This document shows positions 27,687 through 42,163 of a stretch of 64,000 nucleotides of DNA, piece after piece (position 1 is the stretch's first letter; each line of letters begins with the position of its first letter). The stretch lies in NCBI RefSeq assembly GCF_009914755.1, contig NC_060933.1, one strand, 5' to 3'. A model generated the notes under the pieces. The model had not been told where the DNA came from, did no database searches, and saw only the letters and a list, made by a program, of their open reading frames with translations. The stretch is from the human T2T-CHM13v2.0 reference genome, Homo sapiens. The translations under genes and the position numbers were made by a program.

Positions 27687-28299
27687 ATACTTACTAGCTG
27701 TCTGACCTGCTAGAGTTTGCTTTGTTCCTCTGATTAAGTTGCTTCCTCTATATCATAAAAATAATAATTGTAAAATCTTAATTAGTTGCTCTGCAAATTA
27801 TATGGCATCTTGTTTGTAAATATTTTTCAAAGCACTTGGAATCTATAAGAAATATTAACTATTATTGCTATTTTCAGGAAGGTAAGTCTTGTAGTCTAAA
27901 GTAAAACTTGAAATATCCCTAGTTATTTCTTAATCTTCTTGTAAAATACTTTATATGTAAAGTATCAGAAAATATTGCTAGAGGCATTTGGAGTATTTTG
28001 TGTCATGGAGCTGTGAAGGAAACATGCATTTAATATTGGCTCAATTAGATTTCTTATTTTTATTGAAAAATAAAGATAAGCAACTTGCAAGATAGTCAAC
28101 ATGAAAGAAGAGAGCATCTTTTTTCTCTTGCCATTTTCACAAAAATAGAAAAATCCAACCATGCATTTTCTAGATACAATTCAAACTAGCAATGTTTGTA
28201 AACTACTGTGCTTGGAGATTCTTTCAACATTAAGACATCAACTCATATGCATATTATAGTAGAGATAGTTTTGTCTTCTTTGTATGCAGTATGTATTCT

Positions 28300-28826
28300 C
28301 TCTTCTTCTATCAGCAACTTAATGTAATGAGAATCATCTTTCCCATAACCGGGCTGTAATTGGGAAAGCTAATCCCACCCTTTGATCCAGGGCTGGAATG
28401 TAATTCTGGTCTGGTCAATCCACATGTTCACTTCCCCATGGCAATTGACTCAGGATGGGTCACTTGTCGTGAATCAGTCCGATGAAGATCAATCTTAAGA
28501 TTTGTTAGAAATAGTATATGCAATGATTGTCATGAATATAGATGTGAGACTGAACTTGCTGTGAATATCTTTCTATGTTGGAAATTTCTATCTGAATGAT
28601 GCCAAGAAAGGGAATGTAGAGTTAGTTAAATTATGGCAAAAAAAGGAAAAAATAAGGGAGAAGTGTAATCTTGATGACAACTGTTTGAGGCCTGGTTTCA
28701 ACTACACATAAAGTATCCATTATTCCTAAACCATTCAGATGTCACTACTAATACTACAACTGTAATTACTACTAATATTGTCTTGATTTAGTCTTCTCTT
28801 ACTTTTAATCAAGTATATATTGATCC
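28300..28826 (+). mobile_element. Old MLT1 (K/L-like) LTR fragment
   Basis: GGTCAATC...ATTGACTCAGGATGGGTCAC...CTTGATGACAACTGTTTGAGGCCTGG phrasing typical of MLT1. Confidence 0.5.
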
Positions 28827-28849
28827 ATTAGCTGTATATTTTGGTTCAT

Positions 28850-28990
28850 TAATTATAATAAATGTGCTATAGTAATAAAAGATGGTAACAATAGTGGGCA
28901 CTGAGTGGGAAATATACAGGAACTCTTCGTATTACCTTTGTTACTTTTTCATAAGTTTAAAACTATTCTAAAATACAAAGTTTATTTAAA
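28850..28990 (+). mobile_element. Old L1M 3' end
   Basis: GGAACTCTTCGTATTACCTTTG...AAACTATTCTAAAATACAAAGTTTATTTAAAA. Confidence 0.65.
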
Positions 28991-29087
28991 ACAAGTATCC
29001 TGGGTAGTATGAATCTGCTTTGCTATGTTATACTGTCCAAAGATCCTCTTTCTAATAAACCTTAATCTTAGGTCAAGAAGGTAAAGA

Positions 29088-29415
<328 letters not shown>

Positions 29416-32400
29416 TCATACTTATGTAATTTGTGCTCCCTGAACCCATGGACAGATAAATCTCAAAACACAGCTACATATGGTCAGTATGCAGCACAAA
29501 GTTTTTAATGAAGAGGAGTAAATGAAAAAGGATGAATAAAATGAAATTATAACAATCATTTTGATTTATAGTCTGGTAAACCATGGTCAGCTTTATATCT
29601 TTGTTTTTTATGATCCTAACATCTACTCTATTTCCTATATAATAACTAGACGCAGGGTCTTTATTTTTATTTTCTCTGTCAATCTTGTATCAATCAAGGC
29701 TCAGTAAATCAAGGTTTGTAATATTTTCTTATTTGGTGTTTCTTATATAACTTTTTGTCAGAGTATTGTTTAAAGAATATTGTGTATTTAAATTACAAAA
29801 CCACCTCATCCCCAACTAACAGAGAGTGAGTTTTGTTTTTTTATTGTTGTTAGTTAAGATATGCACCCTCCAGTGATTACTCTGTGGAGAAATCAGCATT
29901 TAATATATAACCTGAAGATGGTCAATAACTTCAATTTCAAAAGAATAACAAAAGTGGTGTAACTAAACTGAGTATACTTAATTAAAAAATCCTAGCCCCA
30001 GTCTTATACCTTGTGTAACATGGCTTTTAGTTAGCCTGCTTTGATCTCTTTTCTAGGATTTTTAAAATAAAAAGGACCTAGTCAATTTCACATAGGGGCA
30101 GGGAGGATGTATTAAAACTTCCAGAGGCTCTTCATAGCTCCAAGGGCAAGTCTCATGGCATTCATGCTCATAAAACTCAAAAGGAATACGAAGAAAAAGA
30201 AATATAGTACTTATAAATTAATATTCAAAATAAAATGTAGACGTCTATAGACTTAAAAAACAGGGATTATTGTGAAAAATGATTTTCTTTTCATTTTTCT
30301 ATAAAATATATTATTGTCTGGTCCTGGGAGTTTAGATAATAGAGTTTGATGTAGTAGAATTCCCAGGAAGAGGAGTGGGAGAAATAAATGAAAATCCTTT
30401 CACTTCTAATTCTACAGGAATTTGAAAGAAAAAGTAGACGAGCAAAGACATTGAAGAAGTCTAGATCAGGATGGTCATATGATCTGATTTCCCAGCATTG
30501 AAATTGCAAGGACAGCAATGTTTGGAGAAGCATGAATTAGTTTGAATTTGAAGTCAACTTCGTGTGGGATATTGCCCAGCCACCTCCTTGGGATGCAGGG
30601 AACAGAATCCTGCATAGTGTCCCTGTGGTAACATTGGAATCTTGGGCACGATTGGAAGGTAGAGCTGTGTTGTTAGGGAAAAAGAAGGTCTAGTTTGTGT
30701 TTCAATTACCTCTGTGTTCCTGTGTGTCACTGACATGTGTAGGGATCAGAGGGCAACGTGACTTCCTGTGATTGATGGCAAGGTAATCTCATAGGAGATG
30801 CCATTAGACCAAAAAGGCCATGTGTTAGATGGTAGAAGCAGCAGAAATTTAAAGTCAATTCAAGAGGAAAGAGCCTTAGACACTATTGAAACCATGAAAC
30901 AAAAGATATTGCCAGCTTGTTGCCAACAAAATCACCAGCTATCACTAGCTGTTGCCAACAGAATCAGGCAAAATAGCAGCTCAGTTAAACAGGACTGTAG
31001 TGTAAAAGCTAGGGCATATTATATAGTAGCTGAACTAGGCTCTTTCCCCATAACTGAAGGTCATGTCATCAGCTATGCCTCTATTCTTATATACCCTAAA
31101 GGTATCTTAGACAATGTAAGAGAAGCTTGATGCGTTTTGAATCATTCAAGAAGACACATTTGCTGAAGAAAAAAAAAGATAATAAATTAGATAATGCTGA
31201 GATTCACAAATAAATGTAGTCTTTACTTAATTTTACTGCTGCCTAGCTATTGGAGGGTAGGAAGCAAGATGGAACAGTTATAGAAAAATGCAGGATCTTT
31301 ATTCCCTTTGTACATAGGAGCATACTGTGAATCTTTCTGCAATCCTGCAAAACACGTTTGTGACTTCTCAATTTCAGATGATTTTATCATCAAGTCAGCT
31401 AAATTCTCTCAATCTCCAGTTTGCAGTCAATTTCTAGATACAATCTCCAAGTTCAGGTTGAATTTAGCATCAAATCTAATGTTTCTATCTTGTTGCTATG
31501 TTCCAGATATCTTGAAACAGCCTTGAGTAGTCATTGTCCTGGATCCTGTCACTCTAGTTGCTGTATCATAGTAGTTCTAACCTGATTGAGCTATATATTA
31601 TTTTTTACAGATTTTTCTTTCCAATTTACTTCCTCAAAATTATTCTTGTGAACTTTGCTGCCTTCTCCAGTTATTTTCAACCATATTTCTCATTGCTGGT
31701 CTCCAAGCCACATTTAATACTGAGTTGTGTGTCATATTGTTTGGTCTCCTTTCAGTCAACTTCTGCTCATTATAAAACTGGCTTTCCTGAGACTGGTGTG
31801 TATATGATCATCCTGAAATAACTTTCCTGCATCTAAAAAGGCACAGATGGAAGATACATAAAACTAACCGGAAGAATGGTTAATTACTAGGAAACACATA
31901 CAGAGCTGACAACACAGATTTGCATGCAGGAGTCAATTAGCTAATGATTAGGGACACGCAAAAGGTGTGAAAAGGGCTGCATCTTCTGATCTCCCTTAGG
32001 TCATTCTTACCTCTTTGCTCTCAGAGCACATTAATTGCAACTCAACCATAGCACATATTTCATTCTTTTGTCCATTTCTGCAAGGGGTTTATCTGTCTTC
32101 TTTCTCAACATTCTTATGTTTTATTTATTATTCTCTAGAATATTTTATAGGGCACTGCTTTACAAGATATAGATACTGAATATCGATTGCAACCAATTTT
32201 ATTAATTTTGAGAGAAGATACGTGTTCTACGTCTATCTTCAATATACACATACATTGTCAGCACAACTTCTACATATTAAATACACCTAAAATGAGCACA
32301 TTAGCTGTATCGTACTTACAGAAATTAGGTGAGGGTGTGAGGAGCACGATGCAAAGAAAAAAAGAAAGGAGCAAGGAATTATCCAGACAGAAAAAAAAGA

Positions 32401-33204
32401 GATAAACAGCCATTTTCATTTCTCTGAAGTCTTAGACTGAGTCATGTATGTTACTGCAGCCTTTTATGAGAGGCATGATGTGCCAATAGGACATCCCTGA
32501 ATGCCATAATTCTAATTTTATGGGCTCTAGCACAGGTCTTTAAAATGAAAAGTAGGGCCACCTTGAAACCTTTTCCTTTAAGAAAGGGAGGTGTGCAAAT
32601 ATTTATTTTGAGTCTACAATATTCCAGGGACTAGGAAGGGTGTGCCATTTACCATTTTTTCTCAGAGAGTTCAGTCTCTACAGCAACTGAAACAATCATA
32701 TATTTTACCAAAATAATTACTCAAGTAGCTACTTGAGAATTTATTTGCATCACTGTAGTGGTTTTGTAAAACAGTGTTTGATTTGTAACCCTGAGCTTAG
32801 TTGATTCCAAATATTTTTCAACAATTTCTCCCTCTGGTCAATATCTCATTCCAGTTCTCCCTAGTCAGTCTTCAAATTAAGAGTCTCTGATCATCCTTTC
32901 TTTCAAATTTGTAGTTTTGTCAGGTCTTCTTCTTTCTCAGTTCTAATTGATGTTGGTAATTTATTGTGCCTCTGAAACTTTTTTTTTTTTTTTCCATTGT
33001 AGAGATTTCTTTACATACTAAACCTCTTCTCAGCAGGTTCCTTTACCTCCTTGGAAACCAATATAACCAAACAGCAATGTTAATTAACACTTCTGTTTTA
33101 CCATCACACAACTGTTATACCTATTTTACAAAACAGCACAGAGCATTAGGTATTGTTTTCTGAGGTGTAGTTTATTTTATGCTGTCATTAATCCAACTGC
33201 TGTT

Positions 33205-34300
33205 TGATGGATTCATTTATTCTTCATAAAAGCCTCCAAGGTGCCAGGCACTACTGGGATGGCTGCTAACTGTGTAAAGGCAGCCCCGGGAGAGCTCAGG
33301 GCATCATGAGGGAATCTAATACGCTTGGAGTACAATGTTGCATGTGTTGGGAGAGAGACTTCTCTAAACACAGGGGACATAGAGAAGGAAGACTCATTCC
33401 ACTATGGGGGTGCAGATGGTGTTGTGAGGCGCCACCCAGAACCTTTTCTGGATTGAGGCTCTTTTTCTCCTTCCTGCTGGGATAAATTCCTCCTTAGTAA
33501 TTATCCTGAGCTGAAGAGATCCCCTTTGTCCAATGTCATGGTTCTTCCCCAGGGAACGCCCTTATTCAACATTATTCGATGACTTGCCTCCCTTTCTTCA
33601 AGTAGAGACATCTTTGAACATCCTTCCTGGCTCCAGCTAACCCCGTAGGATTGGCTGAGAGCTCTGTTCTAACTGTATCATAGTTCACTTTCTCCTCTGA
33701 CCAATACTGCTTCCTTCATTTCTCATATACATTGTTGCTGAAAACATCTCCAATAAACTTCCTATAAATACGTCTCAGAGAGTCACAGAGAATTCAGCCT
33801 ACAATAAAGTTGAATTGGGGAAAGTCTATACATAATTTTGAGGGTAGTCCAAGCAAACGGCACAGACATGACATGGTCTTGTGTAGGGAGTAATTAGAGG
33901 TTTGACTTTACAGCCCCAGAGAGTGTGTTTATAGGTGATGGATGTATGGAAGATTGGGGTGGGGTGATGGTGTGGGCAGTGGCCAGCATTGAGGCTCAAG
34001 GTGCAGGAATATGCCTGTTGTTAAGAACCAGGGAAGCCTTGCTAAGGAGTTACTGGAGGCTTTCAAACAGAGAAGTGACATGAACAAATTCCTCTAGGGA
34101 GAAAATTGTAACAACCATATAGAGAAAGGGAGAAAGGATTGAAGACAGTGAGAGCTATGACAGGAGTCAATTAGAAAGATTTTATGGTAGGTCACACCGA
34201 AAAAAAAGAAAAAGGTAAGGACATGTGAAGTGAAATATAAAGGATTTATTGACTTAGGTAAAGGAGTTAAGAGAAGGCGAGTAATCAAAATAACTTCAAG
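33205..34300 (-). mobile_element. L2 fragment(s) split by an LTR16
   Basis: ATTCATTTATTC...GTGCCAGGCACT at 33.2 kb and GGAGGCTTTCAAACAGAGAAGTGACATGA at 34.06 kb. Confidence 0.65.
33405..33807 (+). mobile_element. LTR16 (C-like) solo LTR, ERVL
   Basis: TGCAGATGGTGTTGTGAGGCGCCACCCAGA start, GGATTGGCTGAG, CCAATAAACTTCCT...GTCTCAGAG end. Confidence 0.75.
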
Positions 34301-34309
34301 AATTCCAGG

Positions 34310-34702
<393 letters not shown>

Positions 34703-35264
34703 CTAAAAATGTGGAAAAAACACAAAGTTCATGGCATTGTCAAAATGAAAAAAAAAAAGAATTCATGTGAAAGCCTCAGAACAATGCCTGGCATATAGTA
34801 TGCACTCCCTTTATTAGTTTGATAATGAGGTGGATCTTCACTATATCAATCTAGAGATGGATAAGGAAACCACATACTGTTAAATATACTATTTCTCTTT
34901 CAGAAGTAAGAAAATGTATCATAAATTTTAGATGATCCTCGATGTATTTTGAAAGCTAGCACCCCAACAAGCAAGAATCTCAAAAGCAATTTTCTATTTT
35001 ATGTTTAAATCATTGTTACCTACACTCTTCTTTCCAAGGTCTTATGTCATGGTTGAGAAATCAATAGCAAAAAGCAAGTACTTCAGTAAACAGTAAGTCA
35101 AGAACAGCGTCTAATTCTGCTCTGCAAAGTTCCCAGCACTCTAGAGGTACTCAAATATGAAATGACATCTTTACTTTTCCTAAGCTGAAAATAATTTAAG
35201 TTTTTAAGTATCATCATCAAACTTGGGTTGCCAATATGTAATGTTTCCTCTTAATAATTAGAGC

Positions 35265-35475
35265 CAGTTTTTACTGACTGTCCCTTCTATGCCAAGCACT
35301 AAATGAATCATTTTATATATATTATCTGTAATATTATTAGTATTCCTATGAGACTTTGATTCAGGTTTTTAATTCCACCTGAAGATTTGGGGTGTTGAAT
35401 AATTGGCTCAAGGTCATTGCAGACCTTGGGTTGCAGAGTAGATTTTTACCCAGGGCTGTGTGCATTTACACCTGA
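35265..35475 (-). mobile_element. MIR fragment
   Basis: TTTACTGACTG..TATGCCAAGCACT...CCTATGAG...GCTCAAGGTCA. Confidence 0.55.
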
Positions 35476-35840
35476 CTAGCTAAATCATTCCTGAAAATTA
35501 TCCTGCCAATCCAGAGTGCAAGTCAGAAGTGAATGATGCTTATGTTTTTTGCCTGTTAATTCATTGGATTGCTTTCCAGGTTCATAAAAACACCACTAAA
35601 AAGTAAGTTAGTGAGGTAGAGATGTGGCAATTAATAGGTTCATACAAAAGATGTTGCCTATTGAAGGACACTGAGCATGTTTGGTAATATACAACTATTT
35701 ACATTTCTCTGTGCATACCAAAGATAAGGAGCAGGCAATAGTTGGATTAGCAATCAGTGGAACTTAAAAGGAAGAAGGCAGAATAAGACAAGAAAGCAAA
35801 ATCATCCTCAGTATGTGGATAATTCACTCCATATCTGTTG

Positions 35841-35876
35841 TATGTGTGTGTGTGGGTGCGTGTGCGTGCGTGTGCA
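35841..35876. repeat. (TG)n/(TGCG)n alternating purine-pyrimidine tract
   Basis: Directly visible. Confidence 0.85.
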
Positions 35877-35929
35877 TTTAATTCAAAGCATGTGATACTT
35901 TTGCTTCATTTTATACCAGATTTTCAGTA

Positions 35930-36230
35930 GTCTCTTCTCTCACACCCAGAAGAATGTGTGTTAGATTTAGCATGATTGATGTAGATGTAGCTGCTACCAA
36001 TGTACCTGTCATTTAGTTGTTAAGAAAAGTGCAGTCGTACAACTTTTCTGTTGGGCCGTCACCTTTCTTTATACAAAAGCTGTCTTTCAAGTGTGACAGC
36101 AGTGGCCAAGATGAGCAGGAGAAGCACTTTAAATGTCAACCTTCTATGGTAGTTTTATTGAGCTATACACATTTTCATGGCCTTGCTGCTTTTTACATGC
36201 ATTGGAGAGGTGGATAACTATTAAAAGTAG
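35930..36230. promoter_or_regulatory. Candidate enhancer with PBX/MEIS/HOX-type motifs
   Basis: TGATTGAT (35973), CTGTCA (36006), TGACAG (36094) and TTTTATTG (36153) in sequence with no recognisable repeat. Confidence 0.3.
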
Positions 36231-36481
36231 TGAGAAAACAGTATCACAGTTTTAAAAGATACAATGAAAATTTAAAAGACATAATGAAACTGTTCATGAA
36301 GGGTAATGAAATAAATTTTCATTTATCTGTGGAATATTGAAAATTTAATTACTTTGCTAGATAAAGGACAATCAGTATTGAATAAATACAGTGATGCATA
36401 TTTACTTCTATGTTTTTGTTATACATAGCACTAGTAACAAGAAAATATGTTTTAAATGATGAGCAAAAAATAGTAATTACC

Positions 36482-36790
<309 letters not shown>

Positions 36791-37799
36791 TTACCACAAC
36801 CCTTCCATTAGATATAGCTATGAATATAATTTCCAAGTATATTTTTCAAGACTTATTTTTCACTAAACCTAAACACATTAAAAATAAGATAATTTTTAAA
36901 GCTTTAAAAAGAAGTTAGGTCAATTTGGGGTCTATAGGAAATATTCACTTTTATCAGATGTTATACATATTTTTATTACTTCCATATACCACTCATGCTG
37001 TGTTTATGTTTATAGGTAAAATTTCAGCTTCTGGGTAATTTTAAAATTAATCATGCTAACATGAATAATATCTTACTTGCTTGCAATGATTATTGAATAA
37101 CTCCTGGTCAATTATGACAAAACTCAAAAAGAACCCATGATAATCATTATTATTGATTTACAATTAAAAAAATTAAGTTGACCTTAGATTTCTCTTATCA
37201 AAACCAATAACAGTATAGGAAAGACAGAAGGGAAAACATCAATCACATTTCACTAATTTCAATCTAACTTGAGAAGAATGTTAATAACATAATTTTTTTA
37301 CTTACAACTTTACAGAATAAAGTGGATTTTGTTGCTAAAGAGCACAAAATGACAGTTGACTTTCTAGTCCATTAGCAAAATGTAAAATGCAATGCTAAAT
37401 GTCACTATTGCCTTCTTAAACTCTACTAAGTATGGTTTTAATATTGATTCTTGCACATATCATATATTCTCTGGCATTCAGTGCTTTTGATGACAGGTTG
37501 TGTTACAAATCACTCATATCTTTCATCTTCATCTTTAGATATACATTTTTTATACATTTTTATTATATTGCCTGTATTCCTATAGTCGGGATTATAAATG
37601 CACTTTACTTGTTGGAAAGAGACAGTTTTATTGCATTAAATTTAATGCACCAGGAGAAATAGAAATCATGAAAAGAGAAAAGGTTAAGAATAATGTCTGT
37701 CTTATGGCCTAAGGTACAACTATGAACAATAATAATAATAATTGAAAAAAAAAAACCAAGGCCTCATCTGAAACATAATCCATTAAGGTAATTTTAGAA

Positions 37800-38030
37800 G
37801 CAACAATAATACTTTAAATTTGTACAGAAATTTAGTTTCATAGTGCTTTTACGTACATTGTCTTATATGATCTTTGGAACCACCCTGTGATATAGAAAAA
37901 TTATTATTTTTTCTATTATCCAAAACCAGTTACTAACCAGCAATTATGAACGATTATGTGATTTGTTCAAAGTTGTAGGGCTAATAACTGGTGATATAAA
38001 AAATGAAAGATGTCATGTTCCTGAACCTGT
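37800..38030 (-). mobile_element. MIR fragment
   Basis: GTGCTTTTACGTACATTGTCTTATATGATC...AACCACCCTGTGATATAG...GTGATTTGTTCAAAGT. Confidence 0.55.
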
Positions 38031-38260
38031 AATTTTATTTTATACTCCGCTATGGATTAATTCTGTCTAGAGTAAATATAAGTTAAAAACAACAACATAT
38101 ATAAGCCAACAAATTTTAACTTGTCCCTCTTTTCTCACTTTTGTTTCTCTGTAATCCAGTAGGAAAATATTATAACTTTGTGCCTGGAAAAATGTTCAAC
38201 ATTCAAGAGAACTCATCCAGTGATTTGAACTGATAGAAAAATGAATTAAGACAGGATTCT

Positions 38261-38645
<385 letters not shown>

Positions 38646-39279
38646 TTAATTTGTGCTTTCCATGTCACTGTAATTACAATGTTTTGTTTAAATGTATAGT
38701 GTTATATAGTGATTGGCTAAATTATCATTTGACCTTGCGTATTTATGTTTATGTTAAATAGTGTACAATGAATATCCAATGAAAATAATATGGATATATC
38801 ATACTAATGGCCAGGAAATTTTTTTTCTTCTTGGCTTTAATTCTTTTGACTACCTTACAAATAATAGCAATAACAGATTATATTTACTTAAATTTAGTTG
38901 AAAGGAGAATTAGATCTATTATTTTTGCCGGTCTGAGCTGGAGACCATGAGTTCCTATTAGATTGACCCATGGGTCATATACATTATATTAGATACACAT
39001 ATTTCTTGCCTCACTGGAACGCAATAAAATTCAAATAGCATAGAACTATATAGGCTTTGTAAAGTTTCATTTAATTTCATATAAAAACTAGGCTTACTGG
39101 GTATATGCTAATAATTCTCAAATGAATATGCATTACCAATTATTTTTAACAACCATGAATATCCTAATAGTAGTTTAAATGTGTGCATTGTTTTACTGTA
39201 TGTATTGATTGTAGAGGATCATTCTTTGATCCTCATGATAGCCTCAAGTCATGCAGAATTAAGCTTTTTTTAGGTGTTT

Positions 39280-39687
39280 ATGTGTGGCAAAACTAGTAAG
39301 ACCCCCATCCAACTCATTAAATCTTCTGTACCCATACAAAAACTATAAATCTCAGCCTTACTTGCAGTTATTTTTGTAATTTAGGCCATGTAACTGGGTT
39401 TTAGCTAATGCAATGGAGTAGAAGGGTGTTCTATGCCTAGACATAAGGCTTGGTCTGTCATCCTCCATAATCTCTTTTAGTTGAAAGAGCATGGGAGTTA
39501 TGCTGAAAATAGTGATGTTATAAATAGAAATAGCCTAGATTTTTGAGTCATTTTTTGGAAGAATCCAAGAGAACCTATGGTACACATTGGAATTTGAATG
39601 GATAACAAACTAATTTTTGTCGAATGAAGTCACTGAGTTTTATAGTTTAGTTAGTACTACACCAGCATTCAGCCTACCTATCTGATA
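39280..39687 (+). mobile_element. MLT1 (I/J-like) 5' LTR
   Basis: TGTGGCA start, GGCCATGTAACTGGGTTTTAGCTAATG, AAGTCACTGAG...CAGCATTCAGCCTACCTATCTGATA end. Confidence 0.7.
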
Positions 39688-40488
39688 TATCATGCTGTTT
39701 TGGTTACTGTAGCCCTTTAGTATAGTTTGAACTTCAGTAAGCATGATGCTTCCAGCTTTGCTCTTTTTGCTTAGGATTGCCTTGGCTATTTGGGCTCTTT
39801 CTTTGGTTCCATATCAACTTTAAAATAGGTTTTTTCTTGTTCTGTGAAGAATGTCAATAGTAGTTTGTGTAGAATAGCATTGAATCTATAAATCGCTTTA
39901 AGGAGTATAGACATTTTAACGACATTGAGTCTTTCTGTCCAAGAGCATGGAATGTTTTTCCATTTGTTTGTATCATCTCTGATTTTTTTTAGTAGTAGTT
40001 TATAGTTGTCGTTGTAGAGATCATTCACCTCCCTTGTTATCTGTATTCCTAGGTATTTTATTCTTTTTTTGTGGCAATTATGAATGAGAGTTTGTTCCTG
40101 ACTGGACTCTCAGCCTGACTCTTTTTGGTAAATGGGAATGCGAGTGATTTTTGCACATTGATTTGTATCCTGAGATGTTGCTGAAGTGGTTTATTGGCTT
40201 AAGAAGCTTTGGGGCTGAGACGATGGGGTTTTCTAGATATAGGATTATGTCATCTGCAAACAGGGATAGTTTGACTTCCTCTCTTCCTATTTGGATGCTC
40301 TTTACTTCTTTTTCTTGCCCGATTGTTCTGGCCAGGACTTCCAATACTATGTTGAATAGAAGTGGTGACAGAGGGCATCCTTGTCTTGTACTTGTTTTCA
40401 AGGGGAATGCTTCCAACTTTTCCCTATTTAGCATGATGTTGGCTGTAGGTTTGTCATATGTGGCTGTTATTATTTTGAGGTATGTTTC
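39688..40488 (-). mobile_element. L1PA ORF2 fragment (inverted part of a rearranged L1)
   Basis: ORFs '[32 protein letters not shown]' (40078-40434) and 'KWKNIPCSW' (39786-40028). Confidence 0.93.
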
Positions 40489-40584
40489 TAAACCCTCATG
40501 ACACAGGTTTACCTATGTAACAAACCTGTGCATGTACTCCTGAACTTAAAAGGTTTTTGTTTGTTTGTTTTTTTTAAAAAAAGA
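40489..40584 (+). mobile_element. L1PA extreme 3' end and tail
   Basis: CATGACACAGGTTTACCTATGTAACAAACCTGTGCATGTACTCCTGAACTTAAAA is the L1PA 3' terminus in + orientation. Confidence 0.85.
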
Positions 40585-41780
40585 AGTTAGGGACTGGATA
40601 AGAGGAAACTGAAATCAGAAGCTAGAAAGTAGGTGAATCGAGTCATGCAGTGGCAAAAAACCTTGATTATCTGTGGTATATTTGAAAGCAAACTGTGGAC
40701 CTATTAAGCTTGTGGCTCTTAAGGAAAAAAGTTGGAATTCATTATCTTAGCACACTTTCTTGTTTGTTATTGGTATAAATAGATAAGAAATTATAAGCAA
40801 TAATGAGTTTACGGTAGAATTTAAAAGATCATGAGCAAATTGCAGTGTTGGAAAAGCTAACTGCTGCTATATGCCAAACAATAAAAAATTAATTTAAGAT
40901 ATATACATTTTTCCATTATCCCAGTAAAAATTTTCAGTTGTTTAAAGTGACCCAGGGATAATGTCAGCATAAGGTAGATAGCCACTATTAAATTGAGTGA
41001 GACAGATGTGACAGTGAGAAAGTAGAACAATATAAGCAGATTTGAAAACTATGTCTATTAAAAGAACTTAAGTTTGGAACAGACAAGAACCAAATATATT
41101 TGACACCTACAAAGTTTTGAGGAAAATAGGGACCGTAAAAAAGTTAAGATATGTTAATACTTAGAACTCTTAAGAGTTCATCCTTCATGAGCAATAGGCA
41201 CATTTCAAAAGCCTCTAGCTCTCCAGGAGTTCAGGCTCTTCCAAAACCACTTTAAATGATAAAATGAATAATGAACTAGGAGGAACTTTCCAGGATGTGG
41301 AGCCAGGACCAAGAAAAACTATGGACAAGACAGCTTGTCTCATACAGTGGATTTAGAGATTGATTAAAAAAAAATCAAATAACTCCCCGACACTTCTAGG
41401 GTATAGGGGTTTCACAATATCAGCTCACTGGTGTTTCAGAATTACTAGAGACCAATGACTATAAGGTCTCCTCTTAATTCCCTTTCCAAATTGAAGTACT
41501 TATTCTGGATATCCAGGCTCTCTGCATAGTGTGTGAATTTATCTGTCTGTAGTCAGGTGACTAAACTTTCTGTTCAAGGGGCATGATCATTTAGACTTCT
41601 AGGAGAATATACAGGTTTTCAGGATCTATGGTCAGGGCTGTGGATGACTTAAAGATCATGGAGTTTAAACTGGATTTAATAACTGGGTGAGTCTCTGTGT
41701 TGTGCTCCTTAGGAAAAAATAAATTGTGTTCTATGGGTAGGAAAAAAAGAGAAACAGATATTTGGTGAACATAAAAGGGA
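40585..41780 (+). mobile_element. MLT1 internal region
   Basis: MaLR-int-like text ending ATATTTGGTGAACATAAAAGGGAA immediately before the second LTR. Confidence 0.55.
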
Positions 41781-42163
41781 ATTATAGCAGAGACACTACA
41801 TTACCAACTGCTCTAGCTAGTGTGGGACCATATAACTGGATAGTGGCAATGTGACCACTATCTTTAGTGTGGGAACAAGTGATATGTACTATTTCTAGGC
41901 CTGACCATGAACTTCCTTGCACAGTCATTCACACTGCCTTTCACTTTTGGGACAAGCAGAAAGGCTACATAAAAGATGGTGGAGTAAAATGCCAGTAACC
42001 TGGTTCACTCTATTACTGCCTGGAGGATGGTCACCAAGAAAAACTCCCTACCTGAAAAGGATTCTGTATCCAAGAAGATAAGTAAGTTTTATTGCTTAAA
42101 TTTACTAAGATTTGGGTGTCTATTTGTTACTTGAACACAGCATAGCCTGTCCTATCTAATAAA
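41781..42163 (+). mobile_element. MLT1 (I/J-like) 3' LTR
   Basis: AAGATGGTGGAG..., CTAAGATTTGGGTGTCTATTTGTTAC..CAGCATAGCCTGTCCTATCTAATA end resembles the end of the 39280-39687 LTR. Confidence 0.7.
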
